Source of the DNA: a virus
DNA length: 64,000 nucleotides
Direction: 5' to 3' (one strand)
IMG/VR virus record: IMGVR_UViG_3300010231_000003
Span: 1-64,000 of that record
The notes under the pieces were generated by a model, which saw nothing but the letters and a program-made list of their open reading frames with translations, was not told the origin of the DNA and searched no databases. This document shows positions 50,536 to 59,409 of the stretch, piece after piece (the first letter of the stretch is position 1; every line of letters begins with the position of its first letter). The translations under genes and the position numbers were made by a program.

Positions 50536-50736
50536 ATGCTGAAGGTCGGGGACTGGAGTAATCCAGCTTGGGTCGAGAAATATAGCTGGGGATGCACGAG
50601 CGACAACCACGTGTGGGAGTGCTGCGAAACTGGTCTGTACCACTTCAGCGATGAAGCCAGCCAGATCGACATCTACGGCTACAAGACACAAGCAGAATGT
50701 AAATCAGCGCTAGACGCCTACACGGCTGTGCTGTAA
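50536..50736 (+). CDS. hypothetical small protein
   Basis: 66 aa, starts 1 nt after the upstream stop. Confidence 0.55.
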   Translation: MLKVGDWSNPAWVEKYSWGCTSDNHVWECCETGLYHFSDEASQIDIYGYKTQAECKSALDAYTAVL

Positions 50737-50842
50737 AGTTTCGAGAGACGAAGAGCCGTAAGTGTCTATAAAGAAAATGGCTATTGCGTAAGACCGAAAG
50801 GCTACGGGGCAACAAAGGTTGCTATTATTAAGGAGCATTACA

Positions 50843-51805
50843 ATGGCTGGTCTGAAACCAAAATCGAGCGGTAAAGGTGGTAACGGTGGTAACTACGAAC
50901 AACGGAACTTCCCGGTTCCGAAAGCTGGTGCCCGTCGTGCCCGTGTATCGCTGATCGTTGACCTCGGCACTCAGGAACGTGAGCCAAGCTACATCGGCCC
51001 GGACGGCAAGCTGTGCAAGCCGGATGCGGAAGGTGCAGTTCGTAAGGACAACAAGCCCGCACATCAGATCGCGATGTTCGCTGACCTCGTGAACGACGTG
51101 GTGGACTACGGTGGTGAAATCGGCAAGGCTCAATACCGCCTGCTGCTGAACAAGAGCTTCAAGGGCGATATCCAAGGTATCAACTTCTACCACTGCCCGC
51201 CTATCGACAACAAAGGCAACATCATCGAAGGCAAGAAGTGGTCGTACCATGCGCAATCCATGCTGACGAAGCTGGGCGACGCAATCGGTATCGAGAACTT
51301 CGGTGTGCAGGACGAGAACGACGACGTGGAACTGCTGCTGAACGGCCAGTTCATCGCTGAAGTGGATGTGAAGGAAACCAACTCCGGTAAGCAGGACAAG
51401 GACGGCAACGACATCATCTACAAGAACGTCAACTTCAAGAAGCCTGCCAAGGTTCCGCCTGAGATTAAGGAAGACGCAGACGGTAACGAAATCGAAGTGG
51501 TGCCTACCTTCGCCAAGCTGCAACAGCCTGCGATGATTATCGGCTTCGACAACGTGAACGAAGACAACGTGAAGTTCCTGCGTGCTGATATCCGCAAGAA
51601 AATCAAGCTGTCGGCCGAGTATGACACGCCTGAAGGCGCTCAGATGAAGGCAGCAATCGAAGCGTACGAAGCCAAGCTGGGCATCAAGGACGACGGCGAT
51701 ACCAAAGCCGACAAACCGGCTGCGAAGCCGAAGGCAGCTCCGGCAAAACCGAAGAAGCCTGTCGCTCCTGCCGATCAGGACATGGACGACGACATTCCTT
51801 TCTAA
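50843..51805 (+). CDS. ssb: single-stranded DNA-binding protein (long form) with a host-type acidic tip
   Basis: Start at ATG 50843 after taaggagcattaca. The C-terminus PADQDMDDDIPF equals the E. coli SSB tip motif DDDIPF, preceded by a Lys/Pro/Ala linker. Confidence 0.6.
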   Translation: MAGLKPKSSGKGGNGGNYEQRNFPVPKAGARRARVSLIVDLGTQEREPSYIGPDGKLCKPDAEGAVRKDNKPAHQIAMFADLVNDVVDYGGEIGKAQYRLLLNKSFKGDIQGINFYHCPPIDNKGNIIEGKKWSYHAQSMLTKLGDAIGIENFGVQDENDDVELLLNGQFIAEVDVKETNSGKQDKDGNDIIYKNVNFKKPAKVPPEIKEDADGNEIEVVPTFAKLQQPAMIIGFDNVNEDNVKFLRADIRKKIKLSAEYDTPEGAQMKAAIEAYEAKLGIKDDGDTKADKPAAKPKAAPAKPKKPVAPADQDMDDDIPF

Positions 51806-51827
51806 TCTAAGGAACGTTAGCTAACAC

Positions 51828-51862
51828 GCCCGCTACTCGAAAGGGTAGCGGGCTTTCCTTTT
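51828..51862 (+). terminator. rho-independent terminator
   Basis: GCCCGCTAC-tcgaaagg-GTAGCGGGC followed by TTTCCTTTT. Confidence 0.75.
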
Positions 51863-51873
51863 AGGAGAAACGA

Positions 51874-52857
51874 ATGACAGAACTACCAAAATTGGTGTGC
51901 ATCGACGGTGATATTCTGTCCTATCGTGCTGCTGCGGCGAATGAGAAACGCTTCGTACGCTGCACTCACATGGAGACAGCGGAAACGGTGGAGTTCGACA
52001 CGCTGACCAAGTTCCGTGAATGGGCAGGGGACAGCAAGGATGAGTACGAGGTTGTACCGGGGCAGAAGTCCGGCCCGTTGCAGAACGCGTTCCACATCCT
52101 GAACCACATGATCGACAACATCGTGAAGGCGTGCAAGGCAGAGAGCTACCACATCGTTGTGAGCGGGGACAACAACTTCCGCCTCGACCTTCCGTTGCCG
52201 ACACGCTACAAGGACGCCCGTAAGGAAAGCACGAAACCGTTGCAATTGGCCGACTGCAAGAACTACCTCATCAACTCGCACTCAGCGGAAATCAGCGATG
52301 GCGTGGAAGCGGACGATGTACTCGTTGCTTACATGACTGCTGGACACACGCAAGCGTCGATTGATAAGGACGCCAACCACGGACCGGGGCACTTGTACAA
52401 CTGGGACAACATGACGGAGCCTGAGTTCATCAGTGGCTTCGGAGAGCTGACCCTGATCGTCAAGGAGAACCCGAACGGGACCAAGACGAAGAGCGCCAAG
52501 GGTAAGGGACGTGTGTGGTTGTACTACCAGATGGTCTTCGGGGACGCTGTGGACTGCTACAAGCCCTGTGAGCTTGCGAAAGTGAAGTTCGGAGAGGTAG
52601 GAGCGTACGAACTGCTACATCGCTGCAAGACGGATAAAGAGGCTCTGGAGGCTGTTGCCAAGCAGTATCAGATTTGGTATCCTAAACCGATTACCTACCG
52701 TGCGTGGGATGGATCGCTACAGGAGAACAAATCGTGGCTGGACATCTGGCAACTCTATGCGGACTGTGCGTTCATGCGCCGCTGGGAAGGTGACAGGTTT
52801 GACGTACGGAAGGTACTGAAGAAGGCGGGGATCGAGTATGGCGACACGGAAGAGTAA
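51874..52857 (+). CDS. 5'-3' exonuclease (T7 gp6-like, PIN/FEN fold)
   Basis: CIDGDIL, VEADDVL and SIDKD acidic motifs spaced as in the T7 gene 6 exonuclease. 327 aa. Confidence 0.55.
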   Translation: MTELPKLVCIDGDILSYRAAAANEKRFVRCTHMETAETVEFDTLTKFREWAGDSKDEYEVVPGQKSGPLQNAFHILNHMIDNIVKACKAESYHIVVSGDNNFRLDLPLPTRYKDARKESTKPLQLADCKNYLINSHSAEISDGVEADDVLVAYMTAGHTQASIDKDANHGPGHLYNWDNMTEPEFISGFGELTLIVKENPNGTKTKSAKGKGRVWLYYQMVFGDAVDCYKPCELAKVKFGEVGAYELLHRCKTDKEALEAVAKQYQIWYPKPITYRAWDGSLQENKSWLDIWQLYADCAFMRRWEGDRFDVRKVLKKAGIEYGDTEE

Positions 52858-53398
52858 GGAGTCCCCGAAGACCCGTTGTAGCGGGACGATGACGGAGGCT
52901 CAGTACCTAGCGTGGATTCGTTCTGCGCTTCGTTCCAAGTGGCTTCGTTGGCAACCCCGGAATGACTGCCTTGCCGCAGCTCGCCGCCCTTACAAGGGGC
53001 CGAAGAAGCAGCAGAAGTGGGAATACCAGTGTGCCATTTGTAAGGAGTGGTTCATACTGAAAGTGATGGAGGTTGACCACTACCCGCACGATGCTGGAGC
53101 GATCCTGACCGTAGAAGACATCGGCCCGTTCGTTGGACGACTCTACTGCGAGACGGACAACCTGCGTGCGTTGTGCAAACCGTGCCACAGCATCTACACG
53201 TACTCCCAGAGCGAGGGAATTTCGTTCGAAGAGGCAAGGTTCGCTAAGAAGGTATTGGAGATTACGAGACAGCCGGTGAAACAGGTACTTGCGTTCCTAA
53301 TGCAGTACGGATATACTGGTAGCTCGGTAAGTAACGATACCAAGCGGAAGGAGCTAGTCACCAAAATTTTGAAGGAGCAACATGAGCAACACGATTGA
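52838..53398 (+). CDS. HNH/NinG-like nuclease domain protein
   Basis: CAICK..EVDHYPH..NLRALCKPCH motif. 186 aa. Confidence 0.5.
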   Translation: MATRKSKESPKTRCSGTMTEAQYLAWIRSALRSKWLRWQPRNDCLAAARRPYKGPKKQQKWEYQCAICKEWFILKVMEVDHYPHDAGAILTVEDIGPFVGRLYCETDNLRALCKPCHSIYTYSQSEGISFEEARFAKKVLEITRQPVKQVLAFLMQYGYTGSSVSNDTKRKELVTKILKEQHEQHD

Positions 53399-54221
53399 AT
53401 GGACCGTCCTCGCGGTCAAGCTGGACGAGGCGAAGATGAGCTGGCGAGAAATCGCGGAGATGCTTGGCAAGCCTAAGAGCACGGTGAGTGATTTCCTTCG
53501 CTCGTACCACGCTCAAAAGGCGATGGCGGCAGGTAACGACGGCTACGACAACAGCCGTATCCTGTTCATCTCGGACCAGCACATCCCGTACCATCACGAA
53601 CAGATGTTCGACTTCCTCGAATACCTGAAGCGTAAGTACGACCCGACACGAGTTGTCAACGTCGGGGACGAGCTTGACAAACACGCGATGAGCTACCATG
53701 ACCATGACCCGGACCTTCCGAGTGCTGGTGATGAGCTGGAGCGAGCCCTACCGCACGTCAAGCGTATGGAAACGATGTTCCCTAACATGGACATCATCGA
53801 GTCGAACCACGGCTCCCTACACTTGCGTAAGGCGAAGAGCCACGGCTTTTCGAAGCGTTACATCCGTAGCTACAACGAAATCCTCGAAGTGGGAGATGGC
53901 TGGAAGTGGCACAACGATCTGACGCTGGACATGAGCAAGTGGAACCGACCAGACGTTTATGTTCACCACGGGAAGACGAAACGTGCTATCATGACGAGTA
54001 AGGCTATGTCGATGTCGCATGTATGCGGACACTACCACGAATCGTTCGGTATCGAATACTGGGCGAATCCGAAAGGTCTGTACTTCGGCATGAACGTAGG
54101 CTGTCTAATCGATGACCGAAAACTGGCGTTCGCTTACAATAAAATAAACCCTCATCGCCCAATTATCGGCACAGGGCTTATCATTGAAGGTGAACCGATT
54201 CTAGAAGCGATGAAGCTGTGA
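53382..54221 (+). CDS. calcineurin-like metallophosphoesterase with an N-terminal HTH
   Basis: ISDQHIPYHH, VGDELD, SNHGS, HHGKT and GHYHE motifs. N-terminus SWREIAEMLGKPKSTVSDFLR. Confidence 0.8.
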   Translation: MSNTIEWTVLAVKLDEAKMSWREIAEMLGKPKSTVSDFLRSYHAQKAMAAGNDGYDNSRILFISDQHIPYHHEQMFDFLEYLKRKYDPTRVVNVGDELDKHAMSYHDHDPDLPSAGDELERALPHVKRMETMFPNMDIIESNHGSLHLRKAKSHGFSKRYIRSYNEILEVGDGWKWHNDLTLDMSKWNRPDVYVHHGKTKRAIMTSKAMSMSHVCGHYHESFGIEYWANPKGLYFGMNVGCLIDDRKLAFAYNKINPHRPIIGTGLIIEGEPILEAMKL

Positions 54222-54766
54222 TTAAATGGGACGACTGGTATTACTATGATGAAACCAGCCCGTCCTGTTTGAGATGGGCTGTGAACAGGTACAAGGGAAG
54301 AGGGCACGCAATACTTCTTATTGCAAAGGATGCTGTAGCAGGCTCGTTTGACACATCCAGAGGTAGCGGGTACTATGTAGTGTTCCTGCATAAGAAGGGC
54401 TACACCGCTCACAGAGTAATCTGGGAGATGCACAACGGTCCAATACCTGACGACCTAATGATCGACCATATAAACGGCGACAGCAGTGATAACAGGTTGC
54501 CTAATTTGCGGCTGGTGACGAAGAGGGTGAATGCAAGGAACCAGAAAAAGCGGTCTTGCAACACAAGCGGCGTCACAGGCGTAAGTAAGACGACCAAGGA
54601 CGGGAACGACTACTGGATAGCGTTCTGGACCGATGACAAGGGAAAAGGTCAACGGAAGTCGTTCAACTGCTGCATCGGTGAACGGGCTGCGTTTACGCTG
54701 GCCTGCGAATACAGAGCAAGAATGATCGCAACACACGAGGGCTATACCGAACGGCATGGCCTATAA
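54218..54766 (+). CDS. HNH_3 plus AP2-domain homing endonuclease
   Basis: IDHINGDSSDNRLPNLRLVTKRVNARN followed by SGVTGVSKT..YWIAFW (AP2-like). GTG start. Confidence 0.8.
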   Translation: MIKWDDWYYYDETSPSCLRWAVNRYKGRGHAILLIAKDAVAGSFDTSRGSGYYVVFLHKKGYTAHRVIWEMHNGPIPDDLMIDHINGDSSDNRLPNLRLVTKRVNARNQKKRSCNTSGVTGVSKTTKDGNDYWIAFWTDDKGKGQRKSFNCCIGERAAFTLACEYRARMIATHEGYTERHGL

Positions 54767-54797
54767 GTAGCACTACTAACTAACCAAGGAGAAAATT

Positions 54798-55031
54798 ATG
54801 ACTACCTATGACGTACGCAATCAAAGCTGTGATGAAATCACTGTCCTCCGAATCGCTGACCGGGACAGCAACACGTATATCGCGGAGCTGGTCATCCCTT
54901 CGAACGGAGCCGGGATCAAGATTTACGACTCGCAAGACACCGGCCACTCCGTTGTGGTCAAGACGAAAGAGCATGCGGCCAACCTCCGCAAAGCTTTGGA
55001 CAAGGCTGAGCAAATGGGCTGGCTGAAATAA
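54798..55031 (+). CDS. hypothetical protein, tandem paralogue 1
   Basis: 77 aa ending KEHAANLRKALDKAEQMGWLK. Leader ctaactaaccaaggagaaaatt. Confidence 0.7.
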   Translation: MTTYDVRNQSCDEITVLRIADRDSNTYIAELVIPSNGAGIKIYDSQDTGHSVVVKTKEHAANLRKALDKAEQMGWLK

Positions 55032-55050
55032 CACTACCAAGGAGAAAATT

Positions 55051-55278
55051 ATGAGCACTATCGATGTACGTGGCGATCTGACCAACGTGTCCGAAATCCG
55101 CTTCGCAGACAAAGACGCGTTTGACTACTGCCCGGACGTGATTCGTGGCGGCGAACGCCGTCAAACTCTGCTGGTCGAGACGGACTCCGACCGTGAACTG
55201 GTCATTAAGGACAAGGAGCACGCTGAAAACCTCATCAAAGCCCTGAACAAAGCAATCGAGCTGGGCTGGCTGAAATGA
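55051..55278 (+). CDS. hypothetical protein, tandem paralogue 2
   Basis: 75 aa ending KEHAENLIKALNKAIELGWLK, with the same RBS. Confidence 0.7.
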   Translation: MSTIDVRGDLTNVSEIRFADKDAFDYCPDVIRGGERRQTLLVETDSDRELVIKDKEHAENLIKALNKAIELGWLK

Positions 55279-55553
55279 GCAACCTGACCTTTCTGGAAGT
55301 TCCGATTGCGAACACCGGACTGGTCCTAGTGCTTCTTTCCAACGGGCTGCTGATGATGGAACGTAGCCCGTTCTTCACCCCGATGTACGATCACTTTCCA
55401 GAGGGCGTATCGGGCGTGTTCAACGTTTCGAGCTTCAGCTTGCTCGACGGGGAAGGACGCTGGACTGAGTACGACTACGGTGTGGCGTACGCTTACAAAG
55501 AAATGCCAATGCTGAAAGCATGGCTGATTCAACAAAAACTGCAACTAGCATAA
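55275..55553 (+). CDS. hypothetical protein
   Basis: 92 aa, ATGA coupling to the upstream gene. Confidence 0.55.
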   Translation: MSNLTFLEVPIANTGLVLVLLSNGLLMMERSPFFTPMYDHFPEGVSGVFNVSSFSLLDGEGRWTEYDYGVAYAYKEMPMLKAWLIQQKLQLA

Positions 55554-55564
55554 GGAGTATTACC

Positions 55565-55939
55565 ATGAGTATCAAACACGACATCAACGCAGCAGTAGAC
55601 GCATGCCACAAAGCTTCGACGGACGCAGGCTGGTGGAATGACAAGGAAGGCAACCATCTCACGCTGAACCCGTTCGCCTTCTCCAACAAACTCGCCCTCG
55701 TGCATAGCGAGCTGTCGGAAGCGCTGGAAGCAGACCGCAAAGACCTGATGGACGACAAGCTGCCACAGTTCCACGGCCGTGCTACGGAGCTGGCTGACGC
55801 AGTGATCCGTATCTTCGATCTGGCCGGTGCGTACAACATCCCGCTGGGCGATGCAATCGAAGCAAAGATGGCGTTCAATGCCGTTCGCCCGGACCACAAG
55901 AAAGAAGCACGCGAAGCTGCTGGTGGCAAGTCGTACTAA
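55565..55939 (+). CDS. mazG: MazG-like nucleoside triphosphate pyrophosphohydrolase
   Basis: Start at ATG 55565. LVHSELSEALEADRK..ELADAVIRIFDLA motif pattern. 124 aa. Confidence 0.7.
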   Translation: MSIKHDINAAVDACHKASTDAGWWNDKEGNHLTLNPFAFSNKLALVHSELSEALEADRKDLMDDKLPQFHGRATELADAVIRIFDLAGAYNIPLGDAIEAKMAFNAVRPDHKKEAREAAGGKSY

Positions 55940-55948
55940 GGAGGCAAC

Positions 55949-56509
55949 ATGAAAACTATTAGCGTCACTGACCTGATGGCGAAGGTGGATGAGCTGTCCC
56001 ATCTTCGTATGATCGACTTCCCCGATCCGAAGAACGACGCTCTGATTGCTCCGTACCTGAAGGTGCTGGGCTTCGATCTGGACTACCCTATTCAGTACAT
56101 TCCGTGTCAACATCGGAACCTGCAAGGGCAAGTCGTTATCGCGTATTTGATCGCCGGGGAAGTAGATATCAATTCGAACTTCCTGAACAGTTCGTTCGCT
56201 ACGCCGGAAGACCGGCTCATCGCCGCTGGCTACAAGGACATGAGCCTTGCCAACGAAATGTCTCGCTCGTTGTCCACGAGCCGAGATTACAACAGCGGCG
56301 TGGTCGAAGGTTTCCCAGCGGAATTGACGAACCCGGACGAGAAGGCTATCATCGAACAGATCGAAGTGCTACAAAACCTGCTGGATGTGGTACGACCGAA
56401 TCGGTTCAGCGATGGTGGCCGTCTGAAGACGATGGCAGAGTACCATGCCCCGCCCGTCGTCATCGTCAAGAAGGATCGCAGGAAGCGTTCCGTCAAGATT
56501 GATAAGTAA
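55949..56509 (+). CDS. hypothetical protein
   Basis: 186 aa, RBS taaggaggcaac. Confidence 0.65.
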   Translation: MKTISVTDLMAKVDELSHLRMIDFPDPKNDALIAPYLKVLGFDLDYPIQYIPCQHRNLQGQVVIAYLIAGEVDINSNFLNSSFATPEDRLIAAGYKDMSLANEMSRSLSTSRDYNSGVVEGFPAELTNPDEKAIIEQIEVLQNLLDVVRPNRFSDGGRLKTMAEYHAPPVVIVKKDRRKRSVKIDK

Positions 56510-56527
56510 GGCTACCTGTGCTATAAT
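56499..56527 (+). promoter_or_regulatory. sigma70-type promoter upstream of the RNR gene
   Basis: TTGATA-N17-TATAAT. Confidence 0.6.
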
Positions 56528-56540
56528 GTCTGCCTGACAC

Positions 56541-56566
56541 GCGGAGGCTTCGGCCTCCGTTTTCAT
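56541..56566 (+). terminator. terminator or attenuator hairpin between the promoter and the RNR gene
   Basis: GCGGAGGC-ttcg-GCCTCCGT followed by TTTC. Confidence 0.55.
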
Positions 56567-56590
56567 TCAACTAACATAAGGAAATAGAAA

Positions 56591-58453
56591 TTGGACATCT
56601 CCCAGAAAATTCTCAGTGACGTAGTGGTCTTTAACAAATACGCGAAATACATCCCAGAAGCAGGACGCCGGGAGACGTGGGAAGAGATTTGCGACCGCAA
56701 CGCAGAGATGCACATGAAGCGCTACCCGCATATGGCACAAGAGATTGCCTATGTGTTCGACCGTTACGTCAAGCCGAAGAAAGTGCTGCCATCGATGCGT
56801 TCGATGCAGTTCGGTGGTAAGCCTATCGAAATGAACAACACGCGCATGTTCAACTGCTGCTGCCTGCCAATCGACAGCCTGCATGCGTTCTCCGAGACGA
56901 TGTTCCTGTTGCTGGGTGGTAGCGGTGTCGGCTACAGCGTCCAGAAGCATCACGTCGATCAACTGCCTGTTGTGCAGGGTCCGAAGGCTACGCGTCGTCG
57001 CTTCGTCGTCGGTGACAGCATCGAAGGATGGGCTGACGCAGTGAAGGTGGTTGTGCGTGCCTACTTCGAAGGCCGTGCTGACCCGGACATGGACTACGGT
57101 GATATCCGTCCGAAGGGTGCTCGTCTGATTACGGCCGGTGGTAAGGCTCCGGGACCGGAACCGCTGCGTATCTGTATCGAACAAATCCGTCACGTATTGA
57201 ACGGTGCTATCGGTCGTAAGCTGACGCCGCTGGAATGCCATGACATCGAGTGCCACATTGCTGACGCTGTGCTGTCCGGTGGCATCCGTCGTGCTGCAAT
57301 GATCGCGTTCTTCAGCCCGGACGATCTGGACATGATTACGTGCAAGAGCGGCCCGTGGTGGGAGCTGAATCCGCAGCGTGGTCGTGCTAACAACTCGGTG
57401 GTGCTGCTGCGTGGTACGGTGGACGAAGAAACGTTCAAAGCCATCTGGAAGCTTGTCGAGATTTCGAACGCTGGTGAACCGGGTGTGTACTGGACGAACG
57501 ACCGTAATATCCTGAGCAATCCGTGTGTCGAGGCAACGCTGCGTATGTACTCGTTCTGTAACCTGACGACGATCAACGGCGATGACGTAGAGACTCAGGA
57601 AGAACTGAACAAGCGTGCAGAAGTCGCTACGTTCATCGGTACGCTGCAAGCTGGCTATACCAACTTCCACTACCTCCGTCCGCAATGGCGTGAAGTGACG
57701 GAAGACGACGCTCTGATCGGTGTTTCGTGCACTGGTACGGGCTCGGGCAAGGCATTGCCGTTGAACTGGGAAGAAGCAGCCCGTTGCGTGGTTGCAGAGA
57801 ACGCACGTGTTGCCGCCCTGATCGGTATCAACACTGCCGCTCGTACGTCGCTGATGAAGCCGGAAGGCACTGCGTCCATCGTCGTTGGTTCGTCCTCGGG
57901 CGTCCACGCATGGCACAATGACTACTACATCCGTCGTATGCGTGTCGGTAAGAACGAAGCCCTGTATGCGTACATGGTCAAGAACTTCCCGCTGCTGGTC
58001 GAGGACTGCAAGTTCAAGCCTCATCTGGAAGCTGTGATGTCGTTCCCGCAGAAGGCTCCTGAAGGGTCGATCCTGCGTACGGAAAGCTTCATGGACCTGC
58101 TGGAGCGTGTGCGTCGCTTCAATCAGGAATGGATCAAGCCGGGACACAACCGTGGCGTGCAGCGTCACAACATCTCGTGCACGATCAGCCTGAAAGCTGA
58201 CGAGTGGGATGCATGCGGACAGTGGATGTGGGACCACAGGGACGAATACAACGGTATCAGCGTTCTTCCGTACGACGGTGGCACCTACGTTCAGGCTCCG
58301 TTCGAAGACTGCACCAAGGACGTGTACGAGGGTCTGATGGGCTACATCGAAGCACAGGGTTCGTTCGATCTGACACAGGTGAACGAGGAAGAAGACAACA
58401 CGGCACACACGATGGAAGCTGCGTGTGCTGGCGGAGCGTGCGAGGTTAAGTAA
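56591..58453 (+). CDS. nrdJ: class II (B12-dependent type) ribonucleotide reductase
   Basis: NPCVEA..FCNLTTIN active-site region, C-terminal CAGGAC cysteine pair. 620 aa single chain, TTG start after aaggaaatagaaa. Confidence 0.8.
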   Translation: MDISQKILSDVVVFNKYAKYIPEAGRRETWEEICDRNAEMHMKRYPHMAQEIAYVFDRYVKPKKVLPSMRSMQFGGKPIEMNNTRMFNCCCLPIDSLHAFSETMFLLLGGSGVGYSVQKHHVDQLPVVQGPKATRRRFVVGDSIEGWADAVKVVVRAYFEGRADPDMDYGDIRPKGARLITAGGKAPGPEPLRICIEQIRHVLNGAIGRKLTPLECHDIECHIADAVLSGGIRRAAMIAFFSPDDLDMITCKSGPWWELNPQRGRANNSVVLLRGTVDEETFKAIWKLVEISNAGEPGVYWTNDRNILSNPCVEATLRMYSFCNLTTINGDDVETQEELNKRAEVATFIGTLQAGYTNFHYLRPQWREVTEDDALIGVSCTGTGSGKALPLNWEEAARCVVAENARVAALIGINTAARTSLMKPEGTASIVVGSSSGVHAWHNDYYIRRMRVGKNEALYAYMVKNFPLLVEDCKFKPHLEAVMSFPQKAPEGSILRTESFMDLLERVRRFNQEWIKPGHNRGVQRHNISCTISLKADEWDACGQWMWDHRDEYNGISVLPYDGGTYVQAPFEDCTKDVYEGLMGYIEAQGSFDLTQVNEEEDNTAHTMEAACAGGACEVK

Positions 58454-58656
58454 TGGCAAGGGTGACGGTGGAGCTGATCTGGAATGACAGCTTCCCGCCA
58501 CTCAACCTGTACAACCATCCCAGTCACGGGGTCGTGGACGTATGGGCAGAGGCGGTGAAGCTCGGGTGCATCCACGTACCCGACCACATCAAACGAACAA
58601 TTTTGTATGGAGTAAACAACAATGGAACAGAACCACTTGACGGTGTTTTCAAGTAA
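58453..58656 (+). CDS. hypothetical small protein
   Basis: 67 aa, ATG overlaps the nrdJ stop. Confidence 0.5.
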   Translation: MARVTVELIWNDSFPPLNLYNHPSHGVVDVWAEAVKLGCIHVPDHIKRTILYGVNNNGTEPLDGVFK

Positions 58657-58882
58657 CGGGTGTGCTGGATGTAAGGCTGTCATCCAACACTTCGAACGGC
58701 TGAACATCCGCCACAAGGTCGTGAAGATCGATGAGGACGAACAAGGCATGCACGCGTTCAAGACGCTGGGGCATCGTACTGTCCCTCAGATTTACAACGA
58801 GAACATCGAACTGCTGGGTAGCTCGCTGATGGATATCCTGAAGCTGCCGACTGGCACGTTGGATTTCTACAAAGCAGCTTGA
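58622..58882 (+). CDS. NrdH/glutaredoxin-like redoxin
   Basis: CAGC redox motif near the N-terminus, then ..TVPQIY.. 86 aa, next to the RNR gene. Confidence 0.75.
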   Translation: MEQNHLTVFSSNGCAGCKAVIQHFERLNIRHKVVKIDEDEQGMHAFKTLGHRTVPQIYNENIELLGSSLMDILKLPTGTLDFYKAA

Positions 58883-58907
58883 CAGCTACGTAAGGCTACG
58901 TTACGAT
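58879..58907 (+). promoter_or_regulatory. sigma70-type promoter
   Basis: TTGACA-gctacgtaaggctacgt(17)-TACGAT, followed by the CA-rich leader. Confidence 0.65.
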
Positions 58908-58939
58908 GTAGCCTTTCTTACCAACCAAAGGAGAATGAA

Positions 58940-59347
58940 ATGACCAAACAACCAAAGATCGGTGCACGCTTCGTCTACGCTGATGTCAGCACTGTCACGG
59001 ACTGCACCGTTGGCAAGATTTACACAATCGAGCGCTATCGCCCGAACTCCGGCAACGCACAGTTCCGGGATGACGTGGGCGACTGGAATAGCGGTGCTGC
59101 AACGGGTGGTATGGGTCGCCCGGTATTCCTCGTCGGAGACTACGTGCCCCTGAAGGACATCGAAGGGAACGACGTTATCGAGGGTGACATCATCGCTTAC
59201 GCATTCGCTGGTGCACAGAGCCGTCATCTGGCTCTGTTCGAAGTCGTTGAAATCAACGGCCCGGTGGCCCTGTGCCGTGCTAAGGCGGACGGTGCTGTCA
59301 TCAATCTCGGCGTGTTCGAAGAGCGTGCCATCAAAATCAACAAGTAA
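58940..59347 (+). CDS. hypothetical protein
   Basis: 135 aa. Confidence 0.65.
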   Translation: MTKQPKIGARFVYADVSTVTDCTVGKIYTIERYRPNSGNAQFRDDVGDWNSGAATGGMGRPVFLVGDYVPLKDIEGNDVIEGDIIAYAFAGAQSRHLALFEVVEINGPVALCRAKADGAVINLGVFEERAIKINK

Positions 59348-59360
59348 CACTACTTGACAG

Positions 59361-59397
59361 GCTGGTGTGGCTTCGGCTACACTGGCCTTTTCTTTTA
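59361..59397 (+). terminator. rho-independent terminator (overlaps a TTGACA-N18-TACACT promoter-like site)
   Basis: GGCTGGTGTGGC-ttcg-GCTACACTGGCC, with G-U pairs on the plus strand, followed by TTTTCTTTT. Confidence 0.65.
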
Positions 59398-59409
59398 CCG
59401 GAGATAGAA

